From: Macrostomum lignano
Lineage: Eukaryota
NCBI GenBank assembly: GCA_002269645.1
Contig: NIVC01000628.1
Location: forward strand, 62,001-126,000
Direction of reading: 5' to 3'
DNA: 64,000 bases
Shown in pieces: positions 38,869-51,312 of this stretch (position 1 is its first letter; the number at the start of each line of letters is the position of its first letter). The translations under genes were made by a program, and so were the position numbers. Below the pieces are notes generated by a model. That model was not told the origin of the DNA. It saw nothing but the letters and a program-made list of their open reading frames with translations, and did no database searches.

Positions 38869-41120
38869 GGGGTGTGTTTCATAACCTCGATATTTCACAA
38901 GCTACAAACTCCACAAGCTCCAATCTCCACAAGCTCCAATCTCCACAAGCTCCAATCTCCACAAGTTCCAATCTCCACAAGCTCCAATCTCCACAAGCTC
39001 CAATCTCCACAAGCCTCAAACTCCACAAGCTCCAATCTCCACAAGCTCCAATCTCCACAAGCTCCAATCTCCACAAGCCTCAAACTCCACAAGCTCCAAT
39101 CTCCACAAGCTCCAATCTTCACAAGCTCCAATCTCCACAAGCTCCAATCTCCACAAGCTCCAATCTCCACAAGCTCCAATCTCCACTCCAATCTCCACAA
39201 GCTCCAATCTTCACAAGCTCCAATCTCCACAAGCTCCGATCTCCACAAGCTCTAATCTCCACAAGCCTCAAACTCCACAAGCTCCAATCTCCACAAGCTC
39301 CAATCTCCACAAGCTCCAATCTCCACAAGCTCCAAACTCCACAAGCTCCAAACTCCACAAGCTCCAATCTCCACAAGCTCCAAACTCTACAAGCTCCAAA
39401 CTCCACAAGCTCCAAACTCCACAAGCTCCAAACTCCACAAGCTCCACAAGCCTCAAACTCCACAAGCTCCAATCTCCACAAGCTCCAAACTCTACAAGCT
39501 CCAAACTCCACAAGCTCCAAACTCCACAAGCTCCAAACTCCACAAGCTCCAAACTCCACAAGCTCCAAACTCTACAAGCTCCAATCTCCACAAGCCTCAA
39601 ACTCCACAAGCTCCAAACTCCACAAGCTCCAAACTCCACAAGCTCCAAACTCCACAAGCTCCAAACTCCACAAGCTCCAAACTCTACAAGCTCCAAACTC
39701 CACAAGCTCCAAACTCCACAAACTCCAATCTCCACAAGCTCCAAACTCCACAAGCTCCAAACTCCACAAGCTCCAATCTCCACAAGCCTCAAACTCCACA
39801 AGCTCCAAACTCCACAAGCTCCAAACTCCACAAGCTCCAAACTCCACAAGCTCCAAACTCCACAAGCTCCAATCTCCACAAGCTCCAAACTCCACAAGCT
39901 CCAAACTCCACAAACTCCAATCTCCACAAGCTCCAAACTCCACAAGCTCCAAACTCCACAAGCTCCAATCTCCACAAGCCTCAAACTCCACAAGCTCCAA
40001 ACTCCACAAGCTCCAAACTCCACAAGCTCCAAACTCCACAAGCTCCAAACTCCACAAGCTCCAAACTCCACAAACTCCAATCTCCACAAGCCTTAAACTC
40101 CACAAGCTCCAAACTCCACAAGCTCCAATCTCCACAAGCCTCAAACTCTACAAGCTCCAAACTCCACAAGCTCCAAACTCCACAAGCTCCAATCTCCACA
40201 AGCTCCAATCTCCACAAGCTCCAATCTCCACAAGCCTCAAACTCCACAAGCTCCAAACTCCACAAGCTCCAAACTCCACAAGCTCCAAACTCCACAAGCT
40301 CCAATCTCCACAAGCTCCAAACTCCACAAGCTCCAAACTCCACAAACTCCAATCTCCACAAGCTCCAAACTCCACAAGCTCCAAACTCCACAAGCTCCAA
40401 TCTCCACAAGCCTCAAACTCCACAAGCTCCAAACTCCACAAGCTCCAAACTCCACAAGCTCCAATCTCCACAAGCTCCAATCTCCACAAGCTCCAATCTC
40501 CACAAGCTCCAATCTCCACAAGCTCCAATCTCCACAAGCCTCAAACTCCACAAGCTCCAATCTCCACAAGCTCCAAACTCCACAAGCTCCAAACTCCACA
40601 AGCTCCAAACTCTACAAGCTCCAAACTCCACAAGCTCCAAACTCCACAAGCTCCAAACTCTACAAGCTCCAAACTCCACAAGCTCCAAACTCCACAAACT
40701 CCAATCTCCACAAGCCTTAAACTCCACAAGCTCCAAACTCCACAAGCTCCAATCTCCACAAGCCTCAAACTCCACAAGCTCCAAACTCCACAAGCTCCAA
40801 ACTCCACAAGCTCCAAACTCCACAAGCTCCAATCTCCACAAGCTCCAATCTCCACAAGCTCCAATCTCCACAAGCCTCAAACTCCACAAGCTCCAATCTC
40901 CACAAGCTCCAATCTTCACAAGCTCCAATCTCCACAAGCTCCAATCTCCACAAGCTCCGATCTTCACAAGCTCTAATCTCCACAAGCCTCAAACTCCACA
41001 AGCTCCAATCTCCACAAGCTCCAATCTCCACAAGCTCCAAACTCTTGAACTAATTCAAACTTGTGAAATTTCGAGCTTTACGAGCTATAACGTTTCGAGC
41101 TTATGAAACTCGAACTTGGC
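38869..41120. mobile_element. Probable MITE relic of the 56807-57192 family whose interior has expanded into a 16-bp array
   Basis: Left end GGGGTGTGTTTCATAACCTCGATATTTCACAAG; inverted copy CTTGTGAAATTTCGAG at 41060-41075; both match the TCGAAATTTCACAA subrepeat of the 56.8-kb element. Confidence 0.5.
38902..41042. repeat. 16-bp minisatellite (CTCCACAAGCTCCAA[A/T])n, about 130 copies
   Basis: Read directly; unit length is not a multiple of 3. Confidence 0.96.
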
Positions 41121-42073
41121 ATGTAGCTTAGGCCTACTTATGGCGCCTTTATAATATCATCAGCTTTGGCCTTGCACCGAACATTGCTAGGCTATAGCAA
41201 TCCATTACTTCCTTCATCCTGATGGAGCTGGAGCTGGGTCGGAGGCTTTACTTAGAAACAGACAGTGCTGTCGGCTTTTGGTAAAAGAAGCTTTTGACCA
41301 CAAAAATCTCTAACCGAGTTTATTTTTTCTTCATTTTTTGAGAGATTTTTACACTAGGAGAAACTGCCTGCGGTTTTTAAACTCCCATTTCACCAGCGCC
41401 CTGCTGTACTTTTATTTAATTTTCAATTTGCACTCCCAATTCATCAACCAACTGACCTGTTGCTAACCCATGCACTGTTTCACTCTTGCCATTGCGAATC
41501 GTGTGTTTTTGTTGTCCTTAAACTCGTACACTAATCAATGCAGTTCGTTGTGTTTGCGGTGCCTTATTTGAATGCTATATTTTTTGTTTGTTTGCTGCAT
41601 ATATCTTTTATCATTATAATTTTATAACTAAACAGTATTTTTATTTACTATACTTACATGTAAAAACAGTGCGGTAATGTGCAAGCATTTCACCACCGGA
41701 ACTCTTAAAAATAGTAAGATCCGCATGCCCCTGTGTCACAGTTTAGTCTCCAAAGCTTGTCTCCAAAAACTTCCTCTGAATGAGAGACATGTGCAGGAGA
41801 TCTGGGGTCTTACCCATGTTTATAGATGAGTGCTACTCGACGTACCTATAATTAGTAGTATAAAGCGGTTATTAAGATTGAAAGGCACAAGGAACTGTCT
41901 GAATGAATTTATTATGGCTAACCAATTAGATTAGGGCACCTTTAAGGGATCAAATTAAGGGGCGCTAACCACGATCGAAGAGACAGCAAAATTTGGGACG
42001 GGTGCCCCTTAGGGTTGCCCCACAATTACATGTACATGTTACATATGTACGCTGTATAGATAGTACGGTATAT

Positions 42074-42338
42074 TGTAGTCGGTTTTAGAGCGTCGGACTC
42101 ACACGACTAGAAGGTCGGGGGTTCGATTCTTGACCCCACTCGGAACAATTTGTCTCCTTAAGCAAGACACTTACTGTCTTCAGTTCACCCAGCTGTAAAA
42201 TGGGTTTGTGTGTTGGCGACCCCCCAGTCCTTTTGATTGAACAGCCACGCACATACGCAGCCTTCAGATGCGCCTGAGCTGTCGGTACGCGGTTATCTGC
42301 CCGTTAATGCAAGGTGTAATCAATCGTATTATTATAAT
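42074..42338 (+). mobile_element. tRNA-derived SINE with CORE-like central domain (copy 1, with 3' body and ATT-rich tail)
   Basis: B box GGTTCGATTCT, degenerate A box, then CCTTAAGCAAGACACTTA...CTTCAGTTCACCCAGCTGTAAAATGGG; a second copy is at 55094. Confidence 0.72.
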
Positions 42339-43410
42339 AGGTTAGATTGCAGATTACATTTTACGTGTAAAACGCGTTAATTGCAATATACAGCTGCAGT
42401 GTATTATATAATTGCATGCCTGTCTGATCGTGACATACTACTAACTAAACAGTTGGTTGTTTTTTGACCCCAAAGTCTTGCAAGATTTTACATTCATTTT
42501 TTTCCAAGCTGCTTTATATTTGTTGCCGTGGCATTTTCCGTGTTTTGTGTAATATTTTGATCAGTGATTAACCTTTCTATTAACAAAGCGTAATCCATGC
42601 ATATTATAATACCTGCAGTAGTGTTAAAATTTAATTTATAAAATAAATGGTTTTTTCAACAATCCCAGAAGTTTCTTTCAATTTTGATTTTGAAAACCCA
42701 AACACCAATCCCAGTTGACGTGGATCTCAAACCCTGGCAGTTGTGGTGGTTTTGTTGACTTTCTTATTGAATTGAAGCAGTTATGTAGGTCTTTTACTAA
42801 TTAAATTGAAGGCAAACCAGCTGATAGGAAGAAATTAATTAGACTTTCTGCAAACACAACGGCATATGCATAAATGAAGTATATTTCAAATTGCAGGACT
42901 TAGCCCATGCCCAACAGCAGTTATAAATTAAAAACAAAAAATAATATCTAGCTAGCTCTAGAGCAGAGACCTGCCTGGAACCAAGCCAATTCTATTACTG
43001 TTTTCTGCTACGAGTACAGATCACTGACTTGAGCTTATTTAGGATTAATAATTTATGACCTTTCGCATTCTTTTCGAAGGCAAAACAAAATCGAACAAGT
43101 TTTGTTGCGTTGCTACTATTAGTAGCAGTAAAAAACTCGGAATTAACTTTTGAATAAAAATATATAATTTGTCACAGTGGGGGTTTATATCAGCTGATAC
43201 GAATATTGAACAGTGAAAAATTCAATTGAACCGCCCAGTTGCAGGAAACAGGAAAATTATTAATAATTGATAACTGCGACACTTGAAGTAATTAATCAAT
43301 GACGGAGTCGTTACAGTCGTATACTATAACATCGTACATCGTGTCGAATCACATGAACCGCAAATCGTACTACATTATATAACTAGGTATAAAACGTTGC
43401 GTGGTCCAAG

Positions 43411-43416
43411 TTTATT
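43411..43416 (-). terminator. Candidate AATAAA polyadenylation signal of the LC8 gene
   Basis: TTTATT on the plus strand about 97 bp downstream of the stop codon. Confidence 0.55.
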
Positions 43417-43512
43417 ACATGGTTCTAAATTTGCACGAGTATTAAGTTAGACTGGTAGAGTGGCAGACTAGCTTGTCCTGTCCATCTATCAATAGTTACT
43501 AATCTCGACAGA

Positions 43513-43824
<312 letters not shown>

Positions 43825-43937
43825 TTAACCAGGCACAAGTCAAGTTGTGTGTTTTGCCTAGCAAATCCACAGTATGATATACATGCTGTGGGCCGTGGGG
43901 ACGGGGAGGACTATCTTGCTTCATAGCTTCACTCGCT

Positions 43938-44004
43938 ATCTCATTGGCTGATTGCAGGAGTTTACGCGCAAGAGTTTAGCTTCAACTCTTCAGCTATTGG
44001 CTGA
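43938..44004 (-). promoter_or_regulatory. Two NF-Y-type CCAAT boxes upstream of LC8
   Basis: Minus-strand TCAGCCAATGAG (core 43943-43947) and TCAGCCAATAGC (core 43996-44000), 160-220 bp upstream of the ATG. Confidence 0.55.
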
Positions 44005-45084
44005 CGGGTCCTAGGAGTTTTAGCTTCACTGTTCTTTATGCCCAAAATGGTTATTATAGTAAGGGCGGGAAGGAATTTCCACGTCTCCTTGACAGCCGCG
44101 AGCAACCCCCGTTTCTACCCTCCTCCGCTCAAACAGGGGAAGCGAGGGTTGAAAGAAGAGAGGAAGGCCTGCAGGCTGCGGCCCACATTGCCTTTGCTCT
44201 CACACTCCCAAATGGCGTCAATCGGGGCGAATCTTCTTAATTTACAGCTCTGCTCGTCCACGTCTCTCTTAGCTTTCTGTGACTTTCAAGGCAAAGCAGA
44301 TCGATTTATCTCTCTTGTTTACATGCAGCTAGCTAACTTTCTTTACAGCCAAGTCTGAACTCTGAAATGCTTCAGTATTTCTTGAGAATGAATCTAATTC
44401 AATGGAGAATGTTGAAATTAGCCTTTAGGGCTACAGCCCGGGCCAATAAAGGAAGAGACGGGTTTTTTGCCTCGCCAAGTATCTTGTATCTATACTACTA
44501 TAGTAGTTAGACGAATGAACTTGCGCCTATGTATATGTAATTAAATCATAGATTAGAGGATATAAGATGATAGAGATTATAGAGTATTCTCAGTTAGTCT
44601 TGAAAACATTAAATCAAGTCCTAGACTCCTAGTACTAAGTGGTGGTGTAATAAGTAAATGAGAAATATATTTTATATTCGCAGTTGTGTAGCTAAGGCAG
44701 GTAGGTCGTCATGGCTGTCATGACCCCCCCCCCCTCCCAGACAGCAGACCATTCAAATTTTGAATCTATTTTAGTAAAAGTAATCTTTAGTGTAATTAGA
44801 ACTACAAAATTATAAAAATCAGCCTATTATGATTTAGCATGCCTGCTACAAACACGCTACTAACAGTACAAAATGAAGCGTTTCGTAACATATGACTACT
44901 TTTTCCATATCAATCTGAGCTTAGGTTGAAGGTTGGGGGGGAGGCAAGGAGAGCCGCGGACTATCACGATTACTTTTCACGATTTCACAATTCACCACGG
45001 CAAAAACATAAACAATGTAGCACCCCCTGGTACTTTTTTTCTGACACTGGCGCCCACTCCAAATGAAATGGCGCCTATAGTGCC

Positions 45085-45760
45085 GTCTAGTCAACTGAAA
45101 TGCCGTCTTGTCAAATGAAATGCCGTCTTAGTCAAATGAAATGCCGTCTAGTCAAATAAAATGCCGTCTTAGTCAAATGAAATGCCGTCTAGTCAAATAA
45201 AATTCCGTCTAGTCAAATGAAATGCCGTCTAGTCAACTGAAATGCCGTCTTGTCAACATGGATGAATGAATAGAATGGATTGCTATTCTGGCTCTGGCTA
45301 TTTTCGTTTTTGACTCTTTTGCATCCAGTTCCCCCCCGTGCCTTTTCATTGGTTGATGATTGCCATAGACAATTTTCGGCCTTTGCCCCTTTCTTTCGAT
45401 GCACAAGCGCTTTCTTGTTAGTAAATAGAAGTTACTTGTGTTAAAATTGAACTTTGTTGAAATTCTCAGTTCTTTGCGCTTGTGCATTGAAAGAAAGGGG
45501 CGAAGGCCGAAAATTGTCTATGGCAATCATCAACCAATGAAAAGGCACGGGGGGGAACCGGATGCAAAAGAGTCAAAAACGAAAATAGCCAGAGCCAGAA
45601 TAGCAATCCATTCTATTCATTCATCCATGCTTGTCAACTGAAATGCCGTCTTGTCAAATGAAGTGCCGTCTAGTCAAATAAAGTGGCGTCTAGTCAAATG
45701 AAGTGCCATCTAGTCAAATGAAATGCCGTCTAGTCAAATGAAATGCCGTCTAGTCAAATA
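45085..45760. repeat. 20-bp minisatellite (AAATGCCGTCT[A/T]GTCAAAT[G/A])n interrupted by a MITE
   Basis: Same units at 45085-45256 and 45630-45760. Confidence 0.9.
45257..45629. mobile_element. P-superfamily-like MITE, 373 bp, 154-bp TIRs, 8-bp TSD CTTGTCAA
   Basis: Arms 45257-45410 and 45476-45629 are near-perfect inverted copies starting CATGGATGAATGAATAG; CTTGTCAA at 45249-45256 and 45630-45637. Confidence 0.85.
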
Positions 45761-45762
45761 AA

Positions 45763-48730
45763 GGTGTAGCCTACTAGCTAGCAGTCTCAGATGGTGTAGT
45801 CTACTAGCTGGAGTCTCAGATGGTGTAGCCTACTAGCTGACAGTCTCAGATGGTGTAGCCTACTAGCTGACAGTCTCAGATGATGTAGCCTACTAGCTGA
45901 CAGTCTCAGATGGTGTAGCCTACTAGCTGGAGTCTCAGATGGTGTAGCCTACTAGCTGGAGTCTCAGATGGTGTAGCCTACTAGCTAGCAGTCTCAGATG
46001 GTGTAGCCTACTAGCTGGAGTCTCAGATGGTGTAGCCTACTAGCTGGAGTCTCAGATGGTGTAGCCTACTAGCTGGAGTCTCAGATGGTGTAGCCTACTA
46101 GCTAGCAGTCTCAGATGGTGTAGCCTACTAGCTAGCAGTCTCAGATGGTGTAGCCTACTAGCTGACAGTCTCAGATGGTGTAGCCTACTAGCTGGAGTCT
46201 CAGATGGTGTAGCCTACTAGCTGGAGTCTCAGATGGTGTAGCCTACTAGCTAGCAGTCTCAGATGGTGTAGCCTACTAGCTGGAGTCTCAGATGGTGTAG
46301 CCTACTAGCTGACAGTCTCAGATGGTGTAGCCTACTAGCTGGAGTCTCAGATGGTGTAGCCTACTAGCTGGAGTCTCAGATGGTGTAGCCTACTAGCTAG
46401 CAGTCTCAGATGGTGTAGCCTACTAGCTGGAGTCTCAGATGGTGTAGCCTACTAGCTGGAGTCTCAGATGGTGTAGCCTACTAGCTGGAGTCTCAGATGG
46501 TGTAGCCTACTAGCTGGAGTCTCAGATGGTGTAGCCTACTAGCTGACAGTCTCAGATGGTGTAGCCTACTAGCTGACAGTCTCAGATGGTGTAGCCTACT
46601 AGCTGGAGTCTCAGATGGTGTAGCCTACTAGCTGACAGTCTCAGATGGTGTAGCCTACTAGCTGGAGTTTCAGGTGGTGTAGCCTACTAGCTGACAGTCT
46701 CAGATGGTGTAGCCTACTAGCTGACAGTCTCAGATGGTGTAGCCTACTAGCTGACAGTCTCAGATGGTGTAGCCTACTAGCTAGCAGTATCAGATGGTGT
46801 AGCCTACTAGCTGACAGTCTCAGATGGTGTAGCCTACTAGCTGGCAGTCTCAGATGGTGTAGCCTACTAGCTGACAGTCTCAGATGGTGTAGCCTACTAG
46901 CTGGAGTCTCAGATGGTGTAGCCTACTAGCTGGAGTCTCAGATGGTGTAGCCTACTAGCTGGAGTCTCAGATGGTGTAGCCTACTAGCTAGCAGTCTCAG
47001 ATGGTGTAGCCTACTAGCTGGAGTCTCAGATGGTGTAGCCTACTAGCTGGAGTCTCAGATGGTGTAGCCTACTAGCTGGAGTCTCAGATGGTGTAGCCTA
47101 CTAGCTGACAGTCTCAGATGGTGTAGCCTACTAGCTGACAGTCTCAGATGGTGTAGCCTACTAGCTGGAGTCTCAGATGGTGTAGCCTACTAGCTGACAG
47201 TCTCAGATGGTGTAGCCTACTAGCTGACAGTCTCAGATGGTGTAGCCTACTAGCTGACAGTCTCAGATGGTGTAGCCTACTAGCTGGAGTCTCAGATGGT
47301 GTAGCCTACTAGCTGACAGTCTCAGATGGTGTAGCCTACTAGCTGACAGTCTCAGATGGTGTAGCCTACTAGCTGACAGTCTCAGATGGTGTAGCCTACT
47401 AGCTGGAGTCTCAGATGGTGTAGCCTACTAGCTGACAGTCTCAGATAGTGTAGCCTACTAGCTGGAGTCTCAGATGGTGTAGCCTACTAGCTGGAGTCTC
47501 AGATGGTGTAGCCTACTAGCTGGAGTCTCAGATGGTGTAGCCTACTAGCTGGAGTCTCAGATGGTGTAGCCTACTAGCTGGAGTCTCAGATGGTGTAGCC
47601 TACTAGCTGGAGTCTCAGATGGTGTAGCCTACTAGCTGGAGTCTCAGATGGTGTAGCCTACTAGCTGGAGTCTCAGATGGTGTAGCCTACTAGCTGGAGT
47701 CTCAGATGGTGTAGCCTACTAGCTGGAGTCTCAGATGGTGTAGCCTACTAGCTGACAGTCTCAGATGGTGTAGCCTACTAGCTGACAGTCTCAGATGGTG
47801 TAGCCTACTAGCTGGAGTCTCAGATGGTGTAGCCTACTAGCTGACAGTCTCAGATGGTGTAGCCTACTAGCTGACAGTCTCAGATGGTGTAGCCTACTAG
47901 CTGGAGTCTCAGATGGTGTAGCCTACTAGCTGGAGTCTCAGATGGTGTAGCCTACTAGCTGACAGTCTCAGATGGTGTAGCCTACTAGCTGACAGTCTCA
48001 GATAGTGTAGCCTACTAGCTGGAGTCTCAGATGGTGTAGCCTACTAGCTGACAGTCTCAGATGGTGTAGCCTACTAGCTGACAGTCTCAGATGGTGTAGC
48101 CTACTAGCTGGAGTCTCAGATGGTGTAGCCTACTAGCTAGCAGTCTCAGATGGTGTAGCCTACTAGCTGGAGTCTCAGATGGTGTAGCCTACTAGCTGAC
48201 AGTCTCAGATGGTGTAGCCTACTAGCTGGAGTCTCAGATGGTGTAGCCTACTAGCTGACAGTCTCAGATGGTGTAGCCTACTAGCTGGAGTCTCAGATGG
48301 TGTAGCCTACTAGCTGACAGTCTCAGATGGTGTAGCCTACTAGCTGACAGTCTCAGATGGTGTAGCCTACTAGCTGACAGTCTCAGATGGTGTAGCCTAC
48401 TAGCTGACAGTCTCAGATAGTGTAGCCTACTAGCTGGAGTCTCAGATGGTGTAGCCTACTAGCTGACAGTCTCAGATGGTGTAGCCTACTAGCTGACAGT
48501 CTCAGATGGTGTAGCCTACTAGCTGGAGTCTCAGATGGTGTAGCCTACTAGCTAGCAGTCTCAGATGGTGTAGCCTACTAGCTGACAGTCTCAGATGGTG
48601 TAGCCTACTAGCTGACAGTCTCAGATGGTGTAGCCTACTAGCTGACAGTCTCAGATGGTGTAGCCTACTAGCTGGAGTTTCAGGTGGTGTAGCCTATTAT
48701 AGCTAGCAGTCTCAGATGGTGTAGCCTACC
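45763..48730. repeat. 29/30-bp minisatellite (GATGGTGTAGCCTACTAGCT[GG/GAC/AGC]AGTCTCA)n, about 100 copies
   Basis: Read directly; three main unit variants. Confidence 0.97.
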
Positions 48731-49375
48731 ATCAAATGAGCCATCGCATCACGCCAACTGTGCTGAAATTTGCTGTGTGGAAAAGGCTTAAAATTTTGTG
48801 CATTTATAAATAGGCGCCGATGTGGGGATTTCAGTTGATAACACCTGAGCGTACTCTATTGTACACAAGTAATTTTGCTTGGAAATGCAGTGCTGGACTA
48901 ATCGCGTACAGAGAAGTGTCTAACCTTATGGCGAGCGCTTACTCCAGTTTTGGCAGACTTTTTTGGCCTTAGTTGCTGACCTGCGCTGTACTCTTCCAGT
49001 CGTCACCCTGACATTGGAATAGCTTTGCACATTAGAAAGTACTCACATTGAGAGGGCCGTGTAGAGACGAACAACTGACTTTCTACGGTCCGCTGTAGTA
49101 CAGTGCTGCTATTAAATTTTCAACGGAATTATTCTTTTGTCAAGTAGACGGTATAACAAAATCCATAATTCTCGCAAGTTTTAACTTAACCACTCTAAAC
49201 TTAAAAGCGAAATTATTTGTCATTTTTGCGCCTTAAAGTTTCCTGGCGATTATGGCGAGCCTCTTTCAGTACAAGAGTACTGCAACAATTTTCAAAAGTC
49301 AATGATTTCCTCATCTTGTCGTATTCAAGATTCCATTCACTTTTTAGTCCTGATCCCTTTTGCTCACAGATCACA

Positions 49376-49466
49376 ATGCTAGCTGTATTGAATACTCATT
49401 TTTACTGGATCCAGCTGTATACTGCTCTGGTCTGTTTCTTCCATCAGCTCATGGTGGCAGCAGCGG
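49376..49466 (+). CDS. EGF-like type I membrane protein, exon 1 (signal-peptide-like MLAVLNTHFYWIQLYTALVCFFHQLMVAAA)
   Basis: ATG just after acceptor-like TTTTGCTCACAG; donor GCGG|GTACGT phase 1 matches the next exon. Confidence 0.68.
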
Positions 49467-49855
49467 GTACGTATAATTCGTAATTGAAATTTTCATGCTT
49501 TTTGAGATGCATCCATGACAAAAATACCACACTATGGTAATTATTGCTTGTGATCCACTGTTGATTTGTTACAGTTGGATAAAAGTTGAGGGCGTAGTCA
49601 GGTAGAATTTTCATTGGTAAGCTCGTCTTTGGTGGCGTCGATTGAGTTTAAGGGGCCCCTGCCCGCCCTTAATTGGGTACGCCCCGACTAGCGAAGCAGT
49701 CCCTCCGAAAGACTATCGATAGAGTTCCTTGGGTCTTCTAGAATGTGACGACTCAACCTAATTGAGACCTACAAATCCATTTGAAAGTACAGGTAGTTCA
49801 AAACTAGATAATCTGCATGACTTTGAATTCAAATTCATCTCTCCTTCCAATGCAG

Positions 49856-50107
49856 CTGTTGCTTCGGACTGCTGGGATCGGTACAACTACATCAGGCAAT
49901 GCAGCTCCCGTCCCTGCGAGCCAAATCACTACTTTGGCATCAGTTGCCTCTGTAAGCCCTGTCCGTCGAATCTGAGTGGTCGGGACTGCCTGGTTCAGCT
50001 GGGCATCTGTCCGCAGAACCAAATACCGAATAACAGACTGGAGTCGGATGGCAATCGTGCCAGTAGGTCGGGAGACACTATTTCTGCCAACGAGCAGGCC
50101 GCAACAG
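49856..50107 (+). CDS. EGF-like type I membrane protein, exon 2 (8-Cys EGF-like module plus stalk)
   Basis: Acceptor CTCCTTCCAATGCAG|, donor ACAG|GTAAGG, phase 1/1 as is typical of EGF modules; CWDRYNYIRQCSSRPCEPNHYFGISCLCKPCPSNLSGRDCLVQLGIC. Confidence 0.8.
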
Positions 50108-50334
50108 GTAAGGATCGAACGCATATTACATGTCTATACTAATTGATCTTTCCTAACGGTGCAGCAAGCTTTGAATCTGGTACATGTATATTGTATTAAT
50201 TTTTAAGTTGTCTAGCTTTTAGTCTAGGTAGCCTTTACTAGCAATTAACATATAAAATGAAATAGGGCTTTTTGCTAGCCACAGGGTTGGGTAGGTTGGT
50301 AGGTAGAGCCCTTTATTGATGCAGATGGTGAGGA

Positions 50335-50550
50335 TAGATAGATAAATAGATTGATTGATTGACGGACAGATAGAAAGACAGATATAGACAGATAGATGGA
50401 CAATTGTGGCAGATACGTGTAGACAGATAGACAATTAGACAGGTAGACAGATGGACAGATGCAGGGATAAACAGACAGATAGATAAGACAGTATTAGATA
50501 AACAGAAAGACAGACAGTAGATAGAAAGTCGTAGATAGACCCAGATAAAC
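50335..50550. repeat. Degenerate (GATA)/(GACA) microsatellite, intronic
   Basis: Read directly. Confidence 0.85.
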
Positions 50551-50875
50551 GATCAGTAGAATTAGTCTATGCAAACTTTCTACTTTCCATCATCGAGTAG
50601 TCAAGGTGCAGGATTTATACTTCGAATACCTGCATATAAATTGCAATGAAACCAATTAGCATTCACACCTTAAAAGGGCCTTTTCGTTAGCTAGAATTAC
50701 TTGGTTGCAGTGAGCATGCTTTTACTATTATGCTGTGCTTTATCGTATGGATACTATAGACTATAGGCTGTACTGAGTAAGTAGTATAAGAAGTCATGCG
50801 TTTCAATTTCTTTCACTGTTTCAGATAACAGAAATTTATTCTACTTTTTTGACTTTATTCGCTTTTCTCCCTTAG

Positions 50876-51312
50876 AGCTTTCTGCTGGAAAAGTTGCGGC
50901 CATTTGCTGCGCTGTTGTTGTTGTGCTTGCAATCATCGCTGCTGTTGGATTCCTATTCGTTTACAAACGACGGAACAGAGCTAGAAATGGTGACCATGGC
51001 AAACATGGTAGGCCGATAGAAGATTTAGAAGAGAACCATCCTCTGAATGACCTGCAGGATCATAACAACCAGCCGCCGGATCACAACAACCAGCCGCCCG
51101 ATCACAACAACCAGCCGCCCGATCACAACAACCAGCCGCCGGATCACAACAACCAGCCACCGGATCACAACAACCAGCTGCCGGATCACAACAACCAGCC
51201 ACCGGATCACAACAACCAGCCGCCCATGGATCCGATCGCTCGCAATCCTCAGCCGTTCTCCACTTCAGTCCATGATGCCAACGCGCTCGAGTTAGATCGC
51301 AATGTTGCTTGA
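50876..51312 (+). CDS. EGF-like type I membrane protein, exon 3 (transmembrane helix, KRR stop-transfer, tail with 8x DHNNQ[P/L]P)
   Basis: Acceptor TTTTCTCCCTTAG|AG phase 1; VAAICCAVVVVLAIIAAVGFLFVY followed by KRRNR. The three exons total 780 bp (259 aa). Confidence 0.8.

Noticed and set aside
38817-40976. 719-aa Ser/Thr/Pro-rich ORF
   Set aside because: 16-bp unit cycles through all three frames; the sequence simply lacks stop triplets on this strand.
42074-42140. Possible tRNA gene (also 55094-55165)
   Set aside because: No complete cloverleaf; continues into a shared non-tRNA body, so called SINE.
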